Origin: Octopus sinensis
Lineage: Eukaryota
Assembly: GCF_006345805.1 (NCBI RefSeq)
Contig: NC_043007.1
Coordinates: forward strand, 76,074,001 to 76,138,000
Direction: 5' to 3'
Length of the DNA: 64,000 nt
The position numbers and the translations under genes are program-made. A model generated the notes under the pieces. The model ran no database searches. It saw only the letters and a program-made list of their open reading frames with translations, and was not told the DNA's origin. Positions 63,655-64,000 of this stretch are shown here, piece after piece; within the stretch, counting starts at the first letter, position 1, and each line of letters begins with the position of its first letter.

Positions 63655-64000
63655 TATGTTTGACTTTTGCTTTATGTCTGTACAAGTTGGCTCCAAGTCT
63701 CACCCAGAGACCTCAAGAGACAACAGGTTGGAAGTTCACGTTGTTGTTATGCCTAGTGTGCCATATATTTGGGTTTTTTTTGTGTTGTACTAGTGAATGT
63801 CTAATACATAAATTTAAAAAAAAAGTTTGTTTTAAACTTTGGAATTTCATAGAGAGTATTTTGCGTAGGATATGAGCAGTTCCCATGAGCACTATCTTTT
63901 GAATTTCTGCCATTTTGGGTTTCCTGGTATCTGAGTTAGGTAGCAATCAGCCCCTTTCGCTATCATTCCCATGGCACCTATGACAACAGGTATTGTTTTA
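63652..64000 (-). mobile_element. Third Dong/R4-like 3' fragment (runs off the window)
   Basis: KTIPVVIGAMGMIAKGADCYL.QIPGNPKMAEIQKIVLMGTAHILRKILSM; tail into (TAA)n on its own strand. Confidence 0.8.

Overview
AT-rich, repeat-dense eukaryotic DNA, most likely from an octopus; this is inferred from the tRNA-derived SINE families and the (TA)n/(CA)n/(TAA)n microsatellite load. Two spliced host genes could be assembled by hand, arranged head-to-head around a small CpG-rich promoter near 38.86-39.0 kb. TMED10 (p24delta/TMP21) is on the minus strand, has 5 coding exons at 23205-38857 and encodes 207 aa. MRPL33 is on the plus strand, has 3 coding exons at 42801-48962 and encodes 60 aa; the ORF track mostly misses it. 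The rest is decayed mobile DNA: HERO, RTE, CR1-like, Dong/R4 and L1/Tx1-like LINEs, two Penelope-like fragments, mariner, hAT, Merlin, piggyBac-type MITEs, Helitrons, Gypsy remnants and at least three SINE families. The strongest unexplained signals are RNA-structural. (1) A ~237-nt fold-back at 502-738 has 28 G-U wobbles against a single A-C mismatch, so its deviations are strongly strand-asymmetric. (2) All three hammerhead core motifs occur in a non-canonical, pseudoknotted order in the HERO 3' UTR (4031-4077, minus strand). Both are hypotheses from manual inspection and are untested. Repeat boundaries are approximate unless TIRs or TSDs are quoted.
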